Of a stretch of DNA of 64,000 bases, positions 12,946 to 24,757 are shown piece after piece. The DNA comes from Lama guanicoe (taxonomy: Eukaryota), in NCBI GenBank assembly GCA_013239625.1, contig MU054220.1:6556626-6620625 (forward strand), given 5' to 3'. Under the pieces are notes generated by a model. That model was not told the DNA's origin and searched no databases. It was given only the letters and a program-made list of their open reading frames with translations. The position numbers and the translations under genes were made by a program. Numbering within the stretch: the first letter of the stretch is position 1; the number at the start of each line of letters is the position of its first letter.

Positions 12946-13175
12946 AGGCAGAATGGACGTGCTGTGAAGAGTATGTAACGGCTTCAGAAATAGCTTGCCT
13001 GCTCCAATCGTGATGCCACCTCTTACTAGTGGTGTGACATTGGACAAGTCACTTAAATTCTCAACCCCTCAATCTCTTCATTTATTGAATGTGGGTAATA
13101 ATAACACCTTTCTCCTATATTGGTGATGAGAATTATATGAGATGAAACATAAACATATGGGTATTATGCCTAGCA
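12946..13175 (+). mobile_element. MIR SINE, near full length
   Basis: cttactagtggtgtgacattggacaagtcacttaa...gggtaataataacacct...gcctagcac. Confidence 0.75.
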
Positions 13176-13362
13176 CAGTTGTTCTCAAAGTGGTCCCCAG
13201 ACCATTAGCATCTGCATCTCCGAGAACTTTTTAGAAATGCACATCCTTGGATCCCAGCAAGGGCAAACTGAATCAGAAAGCCGGGGGGGTTAGTTTCCTT
13301 GATACGTGTTTTAACAAGATTTCCAGGTTCTTCTGATACTTGCTAATATTTTAAAACCACTG
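13176..13362. mobile_element. MER5A hAT-Charlie DNA transposon
   Basis: Ends cagttgttctcaaa and tttaaaaccactg; internal ttagaaatgca and actgaatcagaa; 187 bp; degraded 8-bp flanks gcctagca and gaatagaa. Confidence 0.8.
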
Positions 13363-13689
13363 GAATAGAACATTTGTAAGTACACAAATACTAAGGAAAA
13401 AGAAAGAAACCCCTTCTGACCTAGTATATTCAGTATGGAACCCTTCCCAACATTTGGATTAACATCAAGTGGTGAATAGTCAAGAAGAGCTGAAATATTG
13501 ACATTCAGCCCCATAAAAAGATATTTTAAATAATGGGGGGATAAAACTTGCAAAAAGTAACAATGAAAAGTTTTGAGCACAGCATTATGAACTTAGAAGG
13601 CTGCAGGTGCTCACCACACGTGGACTCATTTAGTGCCCTCTGGTATATCAGTGATGGTAACACAGGTTAAAACTTAGCAGGTACCTCTA

Positions 13690-13840
13690 AGAGAATAGCT
13701 TAGGAGTCAAATCCCAGCTGTACCATTTCTCATCGCACTGATATTGGATAAGTTATTTACCTTCTCTTTGAGTTTGTTGACTCTTTTGTAAGATGGGAAC
13801 AGTACTCATACACAAGTTTGTTGTGAGGCTTCAATGTAAA
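13690..13840 (+). mobile_element. MIR SINE fragment
   Basis: tcaaatcccagctgtacca...ttggataagttatttacctt...tgtaagatggg. Confidence 0.6.
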
Positions 13841-13899
13841 GTGGAAATAGTAGTTCTCAAAAAATCCATTCTCACGAAATACTAGCTATTAGGGTTTTT

Positions 13900-14100
13900 A
13901 TGAAGCACACCTTTGGGCTCTATACGAGATCATTTAGCCCTCCCAGTAACCACACACAGTAAGCACTGTAGTTAAGGCCCTCATCTTATTGATAGGGAAT
14001 CTGAGAATCAGAGATTGAAAAACAAGTCATTTCCCACTCAGCTGATATAAAGTGCTGGAGCTGGGATTCAAACTGGAAGATCTAATTCCAGAGCTGTACA
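13900..14100 (-). mobile_element. MIR SINE
   Basis: gatagggaatctgagaatcagaga...ggagctgggattcaaac...tctaattccagagc. Confidence 0.65.
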
Positions 14101-14479
14101 CTGAGATAAAGATAGGCAAATAGTTACGGGTATTTCTGACTTCCGCTGGAGCGATAAAGAAAATAAGTGGGTGGAGAAGAAACTTGAGAAAGATCAATTG
14201 TGAGGCTCTGGTCAAGGTTCTCCAGGAGGAGCAGACGGCATTGCTTTCCATTTTTGATACATCCTGTTGTGGCAGAGGAAGCATTAGAGGCCATTATCGC
14301 AAAAATTGATCTTGAAGAAATAAGCCATGTTGGAGGAGAAAAGAAAGAACACCCTGAAAAGCTGAGGGAAGTATTCCCTTCCTCGTCATCCTTATTCTTA
14401 ATGAGATGAATTAAAGAGGTTACCCTGGATTAGGTTTCAGAGAAGAGCTGCAGTGAGGACAAATCGTGCAGTGGGTTTT

Positions 14480-14600
14480 ACAGGCTGTTTGATTCCTTTG
14501 GCAAATCCCCTTCCTTGGCCTCAGTCTTTCCTATCAATGAAATGTGGTGGTTGAACTGAATGATTAATAAGATCTTGTCTGGTTCCATTATACACTTTTA
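14480..14600 (+). mobile_element. MIR3-like fragment
   Basis: ttggcaaatcccc...ggcctcagtctttcctatcaatgaaatg...ttgaactgaatga. Confidence 0.45.
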
Positions 14601-16751
14601 AGATTTTTTTTTTATATCAGGATCAAGGTACAGTATAAAAGAGAAGATATTCTGAGACAGCAGAGAAGACTTGCCAATATTTTGAGCTTGTCACTCGATG
14701 AAATCATAGTTCAAAGTCCTTGAGATCTCCAATGTGTGACCCTGGGGCCAAAGCAATGTGGATTTGCTTCGAGCTTTATTTCTGGCTTTGTTTCTGTTTC
14801 TGAATATAGCCTCTGTGATTTTTCCACAACATATATCTAAACCATCTCTATAATGACAATTTCTCCCAATTCATAATTATATAAGGTGCTTGATGTGTGA
14901 TTATACAGACTTGCTTCAAAAAGAACAGAGTGAGGGAATGAAGTTATTTTTTGGTAGTTGAAATCCATCAGTAACCATTTTCCATTCTGAACCCCAGACT
15001 CACCATTTTCCAACATAATTAGTTTTCTCCAATCCCATAGTGAAGATGTACAAGGTAACTACATGACTCAAGACAATATCCTTTTGTGAGGATGAGAAGG
15101 GGGTGACAGAGGAGGGAGGATGGTTCTAAGAAATATCACAGATTAATTATAAATTTAATTCCTATGATCAAAAACTGCTACATTATCCAAAAAAAAAAAA
15201 AAAGGAGAGGGGTGAATTTTGTCAAAACAATTACTGTTGACAAGAAAGGGCTTTGAGGTCCATTTTCTGTATATAATCCTCACTAGTGTTTTCTGAATAT
15301 AAGTTTGGTGATGAATGTGGATGTACTGATTTTTCCTAGCAACTTTTAGTTGTATTAGACATGTCTATTCTATTCTATTCTATTCTGTTCATTCTAATAC
15401 ACTGTATCATGTAGTAAACACATTTTCTATCACTTTTGATAGGTTGTTAATTTTTGTAGAGCTCAGTCATGATAATGATTTGGGTCATTGTGGATACAAG
15501 AAAGGTTCATTTCACATTTAAAAATACATGTTTCTAGTGGAAATATTGAGAATCTTTTAAAATGAGCACATATTCCGTCGAGAGTCAATAGTTCAGACAA
15601 AGGGTAAATCTTTGATAATTAGCAAGATACTAACGATTTTATGAAAATGCCGTTTTATTGTCTTCAGCTGCATATTATATACAATTTAATGGGCAGTAAT
15701 AAATTTGACAAGTAAATATCCTAATGGGCTTACTATCTGGGACCTTCTTAAAGAATAAGTGTAATTGTGACTGAAGTGCCTCCTCAAATTCAGAGTTTCA
15801 GGAGAAAGATGAAAAAAAGAGAGAGATTTCTCTGATTTTTATATGAGATAATAGCACTAAGGACTAAGAATTTGGCTGGTAATCATAGTAAAGGCTTGTT
15901 TGTAGATTAAAAAGTAGGGCCAGCTCCCCAGCCCTTAATGATGATAAGGTTCTGTATGAGAGAATGGGTAAGTCGATTACAATTTGACTGTTATCAAGCA
16001 AAGTGCAGACAAGTGCACAAATCCTACAAGACTTAAGTGAAAAATGAGTGTGCAGACATCTGCTTGTATGTTCTGATGTTACGTGGCTTAGAGGCTGGGG
16101 GGGGGGAGGGAACAGGCTTGGAGGATCCAGACACAATATAATATACAGCATTTGCTGTGCTTGATAAGGACCGCTTGTAACTAGCCCATTAATGCTTATC
16201 AGGAAATGTTTTATTCTCACGGGTTATATTGAGCATTCGCCCTGAAATTATGTTTGTACTCTTAATTGGCTTAGAGAGCACTTTTTTTTTCCTCATCCCA
16301 ATAAAGGTGAACTTAAGTTTCTTGATGACACAATCAAACCTTCTCATTTAAGTGGATTTCAAATAAATAAAAGTGATATATTATTCTGTTTACTTATTCT
16401 ATTCTTTTTCTTACTTCTGTTTTAGAAGTACAGCATAAATGCTCTCTAAAAAAAACATAAATGGCATATTTAAATTAGTATGATAACTTGTATTTCAAGA
16501 TATATTGCTATAGCTAAATGTTCTAAAATGCTAAATTTTTACAGTTTTATAATAAAAACTGTTCAAGAATTTGTATCAAATATTACCAACTAAGTAACTG
16601 CATTGGAAGATGTTTACTAATATTATTCTCTGATATAATCATTACTTTCACTACAGAGATACAGAAAATATTAAAAACAATATTTATAAACCAAATGGTG
16701 ACTTTGTACACAAGCAGTGGACTCTGCACAGTAGATTGAGGTGAACGGATT

Positions 16752-16985
16752 GCAGTATAATAAGGTATGTAACAGCATGGACTTGTGAATCGTGCAGCCC
16801 TGGACACCACCTCTTACTAGCCGGGCGACATTAAACAGTGTTCTTAACCTTTATGAGCCTCAGTCTTTTTCATAAATTTTTAGGAGGCTGAGGTAATCAA
16901 CAGAAATCCCGTGTATAAAATCCTTAGCACAGTGCCTTTTGCCAAATAGACACTTAATAATACATTTTAGCCATTATTATTATTA
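16752..16985 (+). mobile_element. MIR SINE
   Basis: cttactagc...cttaacctttatgagcctcagt...cttagcacagtgcct...cacttaataa...tagccattattatta. Confidence 0.7.
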
Positions 16986-17054
16986 ACCAGCACAACGTTA
17001 TTTGGCAAGCTGCTGCCATGGCAATACTCCACTCCTCACCTCCGCATTTCTACC

Positions 17055-17089
17055 ACACACACATAGACACATACACACACACACACACA
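17055..17089. repeat. Interrupted (CA)n microsatellite
   Basis: Read directly from sequence. Confidence 0.85.
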
Positions 17090-17149
17090 TTTAAAATAAC
17101 AAGAATGGAGAAATACAATAAAGGAAAGAGTATGATAAAAGTAAGGAGA

Positions 17150-17243
17150 GAAAGTCCTGGACCAAGAACTCAGGGTCCCTAGTTGATACTCAGGTTCTGT
17201 CACTGAGCTGTTGAGTCACACTGCATAAGACATTGTGTCTCTC
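17150..17243 (+). mobile_element. MIR 5' part, interrupted by an LTR and resuming at about 18163-18200
   Basis: ggttctgtcactgagctgttgagtcacactgcataagaca...ctctc, continuing after the LTR as ctagccctcagcttcct. Confidence 0.5.
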
Positions 17244-18162
17244 TGTTAGAGGATGGAGGGACCCCTAAGTTAGGAGGCCCACCGTAGTGTGGATTCTTGC
17301 CACCCACTGTGAAAGAATTCGCACAATAGAGGCAGAGGGATGAAGTGAACAGCTGCTTCGTTGTTCAGAAGGGGCAAAGGAAAGAAAGCGCTCCAGCAAG
17401 GAGAAGGCAAGAAAAGCCCTCCAGCAAGGAAGGGGAGCCATCAGCCAAGATGGGCGATAGGGACACTTCCGGCCTCAGTCGGGCCATGTGGGCTTTTATG
17501 AGAGGTTTGTGCCATCATGTCCTCGTTCAGGTGTGATGGAGACAATCAGTCTTTGTTAGAGTTTTTCAGTCCTTGTATGGGCTTTCCCAGTGGTTGTCAT
17601 GACAATTGTCAACAGTCTTGGTGCTGGTGGGTATGTCACTTAGCATGTTAATACATTGTAATGAGCATATAATGAGGCTCAAGGTCCACTGGAAGTCAGA
17701 TCCTCCATCATCTTGGACTGGGTTCTAAGCAGTTCTTGCTTCTTTTTAGCAGATGCCTCCTGAGACTTAGAGAAGAGTAATTGGTTTCTATCTGAGAGAG
17801 GAGCAGGGATATGATCCTGTGGGCAACAGCCTTGGTAACAAAAAGCAAAGTTGCTTTTAATCAGAATGCTTACAATCTAGCAGACCCAGCATCCCCCCCA
17901 AAAACTATCTCCAAAGATTCTGTTCAGCCATGAAAGTTTGAAAGGGAAGTGAAGGAATATTTTCAGTTAATCCTTGAGATAGGGGGTCAAAGTCCTTGCC
18001 ATCCCCCATGCCTGCAGGCAGGCTTGTCCTAGTCAACTGCTTGAGCCTGCTCTTCTGTGACTCAGGGATGCCTGGGAGACTCCAGCTTTCCTATAAACAA
18101 GGGGCAGGGGTTGTGGTGGGGGTGGGCGTGGGGGGGGTGGCACAAGATCCTACTCCCTCTCA
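17244..18162 (-). mobile_element. ERV1-type solo LTR, 919 bp
   Basis: TG...CA termini, 4-bp flanks tctc and cctc, higher GC than its flanks; ggattcttg...gaaagaattc and cattgtaatgagcatataatgag recall ERV1-class LTRs; family not assigned. Confidence 0.65.
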
Positions 18163-18719
18163 CCTCTAGCCCTCAGCTTCCTTGCCATTAAGATGAAAAT
18201 TTAGTGCTTCCTATATTTCTTGATTGAATGGATCAAAAAAAGGTGAAATAATACACACTACCCCCAGATAGTCACAAAAGAGGACAAGAAACCCAACAGT
18301 CATTCTCCCATCTGGTGCCTTTATAAAAGGAAAGATAAACTTTTTTTCTTTGTATTATTGTCGTTTCATGTTTAAAACCCTTTTGTCTTACTTCATCTTA
18401 ATAGATTTGTTCTGAACTGTGTCTTGTATTCTTATCCCCCTTCCCTGGCACAATCATTAGTTTTTGAAGTTGGACAGGCCATTTTTGCACAGGTCCCTCT
18501 GCAGTGAGAAGCTGTTCCTCGGTAAATTTCCAGCACTATCCCTCCTTGTGTAGATAAACCATAGTTGCCCCTCAGTCTGGATTGATGCTTCAATTACCTA
18601 GATAACTTATGTTCATCCTTTCTTGGTCTTCTCAAGTAAAGCTGTTGAGCCTCTGTGCCTTCACTGAAGGTAGTTCTTACTAACTTCCTTGGATGTATGA
18701 CACCTTACGCATTGATTTT

Positions 18720-18921
18720 AATTCAAGAAATATTTATTGAAAAGCTACTATATGTGCTAAGCACTGAGAACAGAAACAAAGATAAATGAGACATAGTCTT
18801 TTGTTCCTAGAGAGCTTATAGTCTAGTGAGCAGACAGGAAGACAAACAGATAAATTAAACACAATAAATTGAGTCTATGGGTAGCAATGTAAGATATAAT
18901 GGGAGCTGATAGAAAGGGCAT
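18720..18921 (-). mobile_element. L2 3' fragment
   Basis: attcaagaaatatttattga...tgtgctaagcactg...gagcttatagtctagtg. Confidence 0.75.
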
Positions 18922-18923
18922 AA

Positions 18924-19605
18924 GGTAACTCTACATTTAACATTTTAAGAAAGCGTCAAACTGTTTTCCAAAAAGGCTGTATCATTCCATATTTTCATCT
19001 GCAAATATGAGGATTCCAGTTTCTCCACAACCTTGATATGTGATTTGCATATATTTTCTCACAGTCTCTGGCCTGTCTTTTCACTTTCTTGATATCTTTT
19101 GAAGTGCAGAAGTTACTAATTTTGATGACATCTGATTTGTCAATTTTTTCTTACGTTGCTTATGCTCTTGGTGTCATACCTAAGAAATCTTTGCCTAACC
19201 CAAAGATACAAAGATCTGCTCCAATGATTTAAGAGTTTTAGAGTTTTAGCAGTTACAATTACCTCTATGATTCATTTTGACTTAATGTTTGTATATAGTT
19301 TGATATAAAGGCCTCAATTCATCTTGTGAATGTGGGTATCCAGTTGAACCAACATGACTTGTGATAATAACTATTCTCTCCCCATTAAATTGCTTTAGCA
19401 TCTTTCTCAAATATCAGTTGACCATAAATGTGAAGGTTAATTTCTGAACTCTTAATTCTTTGCCAATGATTTATGCCTATCCTTATGCAAGTACCACACT
19501 GTCTTGATTATCAAAGCTTTGTAGTAAGTTTTGAAACCAGAAAGTGCAGATGCTCCAATTTTGTTCTTTCTTTCTTTTTTTTTTAAGATTATTTTGACCA
19601 TTCTT
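18924..19605 (-). mobile_element. L1M-type LINE fragment (3' ORF2 region, degenerate)
   Basis: caaactgttttccaaaaaggctgtatcatt...gatttgcatatattttctc...gtaccacactgtcttgatta...gtagtaagttttgaaa. Confidence 0.85.
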
Positions 19606-19669
19606 TTATGTTATTTTAAGGAACATTGTTGTATTCCTCAGACAAGGGAAAACCATTATTTATATAGCT

Positions 19670-19780
19670 TATCCTCTCTATCAGACTGTAAGCTTCTTTA
19701 GGGAAGGAAGTTTGTCTTACTCTTTGCTATCTCCATGGCATCTGGAACATTGTACAGCCTCCAAAGATGCTTGCTGAAGC
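19670..19780 (+). mobile_element. L2 3' end
   Basis: agactgtaagcttctttagggaagg...tgtctt...gatgcttgctgaa. Confidence 0.6.
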
Positions 19781-19854
19781 CATAATACTTACATTATGCG
19801 AGATGATACTATGATTACTCAGGGTAATTGTTTCATATGTGCTGATGAGATTTG

Positions 19855-20035
19855 TAAGGCTGCGTTAGAAAGAGCAGTGGATTGGAAAGTGGAAACCCTG
19901 ATTCCAGTCCCTGATCCATGACGGACTGGTATTTGACCTTGAGAAAGTGAGGAGCTGCTCTGAGTCACAATTTCCGTATCTGTGAAGAAGAGGTTAGTGC
20001 TGTTTTCTAGGATACCTTCTGGATCTAAGAATTTT
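19855..20035 (+). mobile_element. MIR/MIR3 SINE
   Basis: gaaagagcagtggattggaaag...tgaccttgagaaagt...ctctgagtcacaatttccgtatctgtgaa. Confidence 0.65.
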
Positions 20036-22151
20036 TGTTAGTGTAAGATATCTTTACCAGTCTTAGGGAAAAAATACTTCACTAACCAATTGCTGTGGGA
20101 CAGATAGTGTAATAAAAGGATGAAAAGAAGTGTAAGGGATGAGTTGTGTTCTTAAGGAACTTGTAATCAAGATCAGGCTGTAGGACATACATATTTGAAA
20201 TAATGCTTTACTTTCAACTTTATAAACATTGTTATTATAGAATATTGCGTCTTGTCTTCTTTTATGCCTTACCTTTGATACGGACTGCTTCCTTCTACAT
20301 TGACATTCAGGTAGGGGATGTCATTCTGCAGAATTCCAGTTGTAACTGGCAAGTCATCGGCATCTTCATTTTAATACATTTTGAGTTTTCTGATTACTCA
20401 AGCTTTGTGGATCAAGTGTAGGAATTTAGTCACATTAGCATTCTTTGCTCCTATGCTTTAACTTAAGTGACAGAACAATTATCTCACATGCCATAGTTGC
20501 GATCTGGGGAATGAGCACCGGGTTGTTGAAATCCGATGAGCGCATTTCCTCTGCCCTTTGATCAGAAGCATTACGTGCAATCTAAAAATGTTAGAGGAAG
20601 AGAGAAATGGGATGAATAACCCAAATATAGTAGCTTATTTCAGAGATCATTTACTATTACGGCAACCAAAGCAACCGCTTCTCAAAAATCCCAAGTAGGC
20701 AGCTCAGCTTGCATGGTTTGCATTAGGATTTTTCACTGAGTATACAAGTGGCATGTTTGCCACGAAGTCCTGTGGTTCGTTGGAGAGAGTCTGTTTCCGT
20801 AAGACTGTGTACATGACATCAGAAATGAATTACTTTTTAATGAATTTTGAAAAAACAAACCTCAGTGGGAGTGATTTAATTTTTCTTCTTTCCAAAAAGC
20901 CATTCTTCTGTGGACATTCAGCCACAAGGCAAGAGTACTGGAGAGTGTAATTGACTAGAAACACACATTACAGCAGTGAATCTGTCTGTATTACCCATAA
21001 AGGATAATGTGCAATAAATAAATGAGTAAACATTCCATATTCAAACCTCTTCAGAATCACCCTTAATGACAGTAATGAATGTTTCTTCTTTCTGTAAGGG
21101 AGAGAGTGCAGAGTAAGACCCAAATTACCTTTTCAGAGAAGTTTGGTATGTTTAATTCAATTTATAGGTTTCTCCCTGAGGGTTTCACACCACTACCAGG
21201 CCTTTTATTAAATTTATTTTCTAAGGTCACTAGGGTACAAGCGAAAATTCACAGTCCATTTTATTTGAGACTCACAGAAGCTTATTGGATGTAAATATCT
21301 GGTACTGAAATGTTTATTCCCAGGATGTTCAATCCTAGAGCTTTAGGAATGGAGTTCAGTACCTTCTGAACAAGTTAATAATTTTCCAGAAACCGAGTCA
21401 CCTGAGCAGTGCTTTTATGTTATAGGCTAATGAATCTTTTTATCCATAAAAAGAGCCATCAGAGACTTCCAGACTACAGTGACTTTAAAATTGAATAAAA
21501 CTGAAGGGATCTGGGATATCTGACCAATGGAAGACTTGAGAGAGTCGGGGATGTTACTGGTACATGCAGAGTGACAAAGGCGATTTTCTTTGGAACTCCT
21601 GAGGACGCAGTTTATAACATGAAATCCCTTCACTGCGGTGACCGCCACATGCCCGTCCTCCCAGAGCGGAGACATGGTGTTTGAGGGAAGGGAGTGCAGG
21701 GGAGAAGCAGCCCACGTGGGTGTGCAGACAGCCTCTGAACCAAGACTGACTTCTTTTAGCTTCCTCTCCAATTCCAGAGTCTGCTCTGCTCTCAGGAATG
21801 TTGGGAAAGCCTACAGCTCCAATGGCTTATCACAGGGAGGAGTATTTAAATCAGTGGAGTTTACTGTGGCACGGACACAGGGAAGCGCTGAGGGATAGGG
21901 CCAGGTTAGAGACGTACAAAGCACCGCAAGGATGGAAGAGTAGGAGGGCTCAGACTTCCGCTGGCCACTGCTGTAAACAGGGATGTCAGGCAGGGTCACG
22001 CCTGGTTCATGCGGTGTCTTGGTGTGATTTAGGAAATGAGCCCTTTATTCAAGACCTACATTTTGGAAAACTGTTGAAGTAAGATGGTTTGTGGCCAATT
22101 GTAGGAAAAGTATCATAATAAATATATAAACCCCTGATGTCTAAGAACTAA

Positions 22152-22666
22152 ATTAGTAGATACAAATTACTATATATGCTTTATTTTTTTTTGCCAAAGT
22201 ATAGTCCGTTTACAATGTGTAAATCTCTTGTGTACAGCATAATGTTTCAGTCATACATATACATACATTTGTTTTCATAATTTTTTCCATTATAAGTTAC
22301 TACAAGATATTGAATATAGTCTCTGTGCTATAGAGAAGAAATATTTTTTTATCTATTTTATATATAGTAGTTAATATTTGCAAATCTTGAACTCCCAGTT
22401 TATCCCTTCCCACCCTGTTTCCCCGCTGGTAACCATAAGATTGTTTACTGTGTCTGTGAGTCTGTTATAAAACAGATAAACAACAAAGTCCTACGGTATA
22501 ACACAGGGAACTATATCTGATACCTTGTAATAACCTATAGTGAAAAAGAATATGTATATATATACATAAATATATTCAGCTATATATATATAGCTGAATT
22601 ACTATGCTGTCCACCAGAAAGTAACACAACATTATAAATCAACTATACTTCAGTTAAAAATAAAAG
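22152..22666 (+). mobile_element. Truncated L1 3' UTR (host copy, split by an opposite-strand L1)
   Basis: attagtagatacaaattactatatat, then the insert, then tataaaacagataaacaacaaagtcctac...caactatacttcagttaaaaataaaa; collinear with the copy at 3855-4211. Confidence 0.85.
22180..22466 (-). mobile_element. Truncated L1 3' UTR nested in the opposite orientation
   Basis: T-rich tail on the left, then aagtatagtccgtttacaatg...aagatattgaatatagt...ggtaaccataag...gtctgtgagtctgt. Confidence 0.88.
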
Positions 22667-23484
22667 TAAACTACATTCCTTTAAAGATTGGTAATATTGT
22701 TCCTGGTAATCTTTTAGAATAGAGTGGACAAATTATCTGAGGGGAGTTGGTTCCAAATATTTGACTAGGTGATGTTGGAGGTTCTGTGAGGTTGTCGCAC
22801 CGGCTACGAGTGCTCTGGGGGAACTTCAGGGTGTTGGTCATCTTTCTCAGTTTGGAATGGCGCTGGGAGCCCCTCGAGCCTCCCACAGCTGAGTACTGTT
22901 CCCACCATGGTGGTAGGACGGCCACCCATAGCTAGTAGGTGCGTAATAATACTCTGGCAACTTTGCCGTCTAATCCGTCTTTAGGAATCCTTGGTGTATG
23001 TAAAAGGCGCATCAGGTTGACACAAGCTGGCATCTGTGGGAGGGAACAGAGGTATTCAAAATGGAATCATATATTAGAGCTTGGACAAAGGTCTTCTAGA
23101 GTCCCCCAGCCCAGTTTCCCTTCCAGGGTACAATGTTATGCTTTTCCCAGGGGCCTTCAGGATTCTTGGGTATTTCTGATATGTCAAGTAGAGGGAGAAG
23201 CAGTCACGACCCAACTCCTGAAACATGATGCATGAGTGTCTGGATCCCTCCATGCTTTCTGTGCCTTCAGGAATCTTCTGAGAAGGTCTTTCCAGTGGCT
23301 TGGCCACTTGAGAATCTGCTCTGTCTCTTAGGGAAAAACAGTGTGCCTCAGTGGGTAGGAACTTGGGGCTTGTCTTGGTTCGAAACCACTTACTCTCTTA
23401 TCCATCCTCTTTTTATACCTTGAAAAGCACACAAGATCTTAGAATGAAACTGTCCTTAGAATGGTAATCATGCTACATCAAATA

Positions 23485-23720
23485 TACTCCTGCTGCAGCC
23501 AAGGTGATCTTCACACACACTAATTAGACTACGTCATTCTTCTAGGTAAAATCTTTCAGTGGCTTCCCTTCGCACTTTGGATAGAGTCAGAATTCCTCAC
23601 CACGGCTTGCAAAGCCCTGTCTGGGTGCTAAGGCCTTTCTCTAACACTCCTCCCCAGCACCCCCGGCCCCATTGCATTTACCATACATCCCAACAACCAT
23701 ACTAGACAGACACTCCCTCC
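23485..23720 (+). mobile_element. L2 fragment
   Basis: gcagccaaggtgatctt...aaaatctttcagtggcttccc...ggcttgcaaagccctg. Confidence 0.65.
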
Positions 23721-24615
23721 AGGCCTCGTTTCTCTCCTCTAACCTTTTTGTTTTCTTTTTTTTCTGTTTTTCTGTCATCTCTTTCTTCCTCCCTATCTCC
23801 TTTTTGGTTTCCCTTAAAAAAAAAATGTTGATTATAAACATGGTGAAACACTGACTCAATTGCCGCTGATGAAACGAATGATCTTGGAGAAAAGCATATA
23901 GTCTCAAAGATTACCCCCAGAATGCTGCTCATTTTTTTGTCCCCTCCATTGCTGCTGATTAAAGTCTGATTGATGACTTGTCTCCTGGCTTCTCTGATGG
24001 GGTTGATGGCTCTGAAGTGATCTTTGTATCTGCTTCTGGATTACTCCGTACTTCTTTGTTGTGGGTGTACTTTTATTTTTTCCCTTTGAAACAAAAGGAT
24101 AATATCAGAATTTAATGGCGATTGAATCGCATTATCATCCTTGACCTACCCGCCAGCTTGGGGTAATGAGGTAAAGGACCACAGAATGGGAAAGAATAAT
24201 AATCATTTAATTTTTGAGAAAATATAAGTCTGCGCTTTGCATATTCATTCAAGCTAGTGTGCCCTGGATATATCATTTGGTCAATTAGAGCTAGAGTTGA
24301 TTTGGGTGACCACTAGAATAGTAATTCCATGAGGTCAATACGTTATTTATCTTTTTTGTCCCTGGTGTTTTACAGAGGGTGTTGTACTTGGTAGGCTCTG
24401 TTAAATTGTGAGTAAGCAACCTCATACATAGTGAGGAACAATGTAGCTATGGAGGGAGTTAACATATGTGTTTGGGTTTTAGGAGTGAAAATCAATTATT
24501 GTCCTCTCTTCACACTGAAGTCTGAAATAATTGAAAAATCAGACACAGGAGTCAGATGGGTAGAAAATTAACTATCAGGTTCAACACTAATAAAGTTGAT
24601 TCTGAGAGCATTTCT

Positions 24616-24644
24616 CTTCTTTTCTTTCTTTCTTTGTTTCTGTC

Positions 24645-24676
<32 letters not shown>

Positions 24677-24757
24677 GTGGAGGTACTGGGGATTGAACCC
24701 AGGACCTCATACATGCTGGGCACACATTCTACCACTGAGCTATACCCTACCCCTCTG
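24616..24757 (-). mobile_element. tRNA-Ala-derived SINE (camelid vic-1-like) with (CA)14 in its tail
   Basis: Reverse strand reads gggtatagctcagtggtagaatgtg...gaggtcctgggttcaatccccagtacctcca (A and B boxes); 14-bp TSD ctgagagcatttct/ctgagaatatttct. Confidence 0.9.
24646..24673. repeat. (TG)14 microsatellite
   Basis: Read directly from sequence. Confidence 0.95.

Noticed and set aside
22730..22975. GC-richer patch as a MER20-like element or CpG island
   Set aside because: Resemblance too weak to name, and too short and CpG-poor for an island
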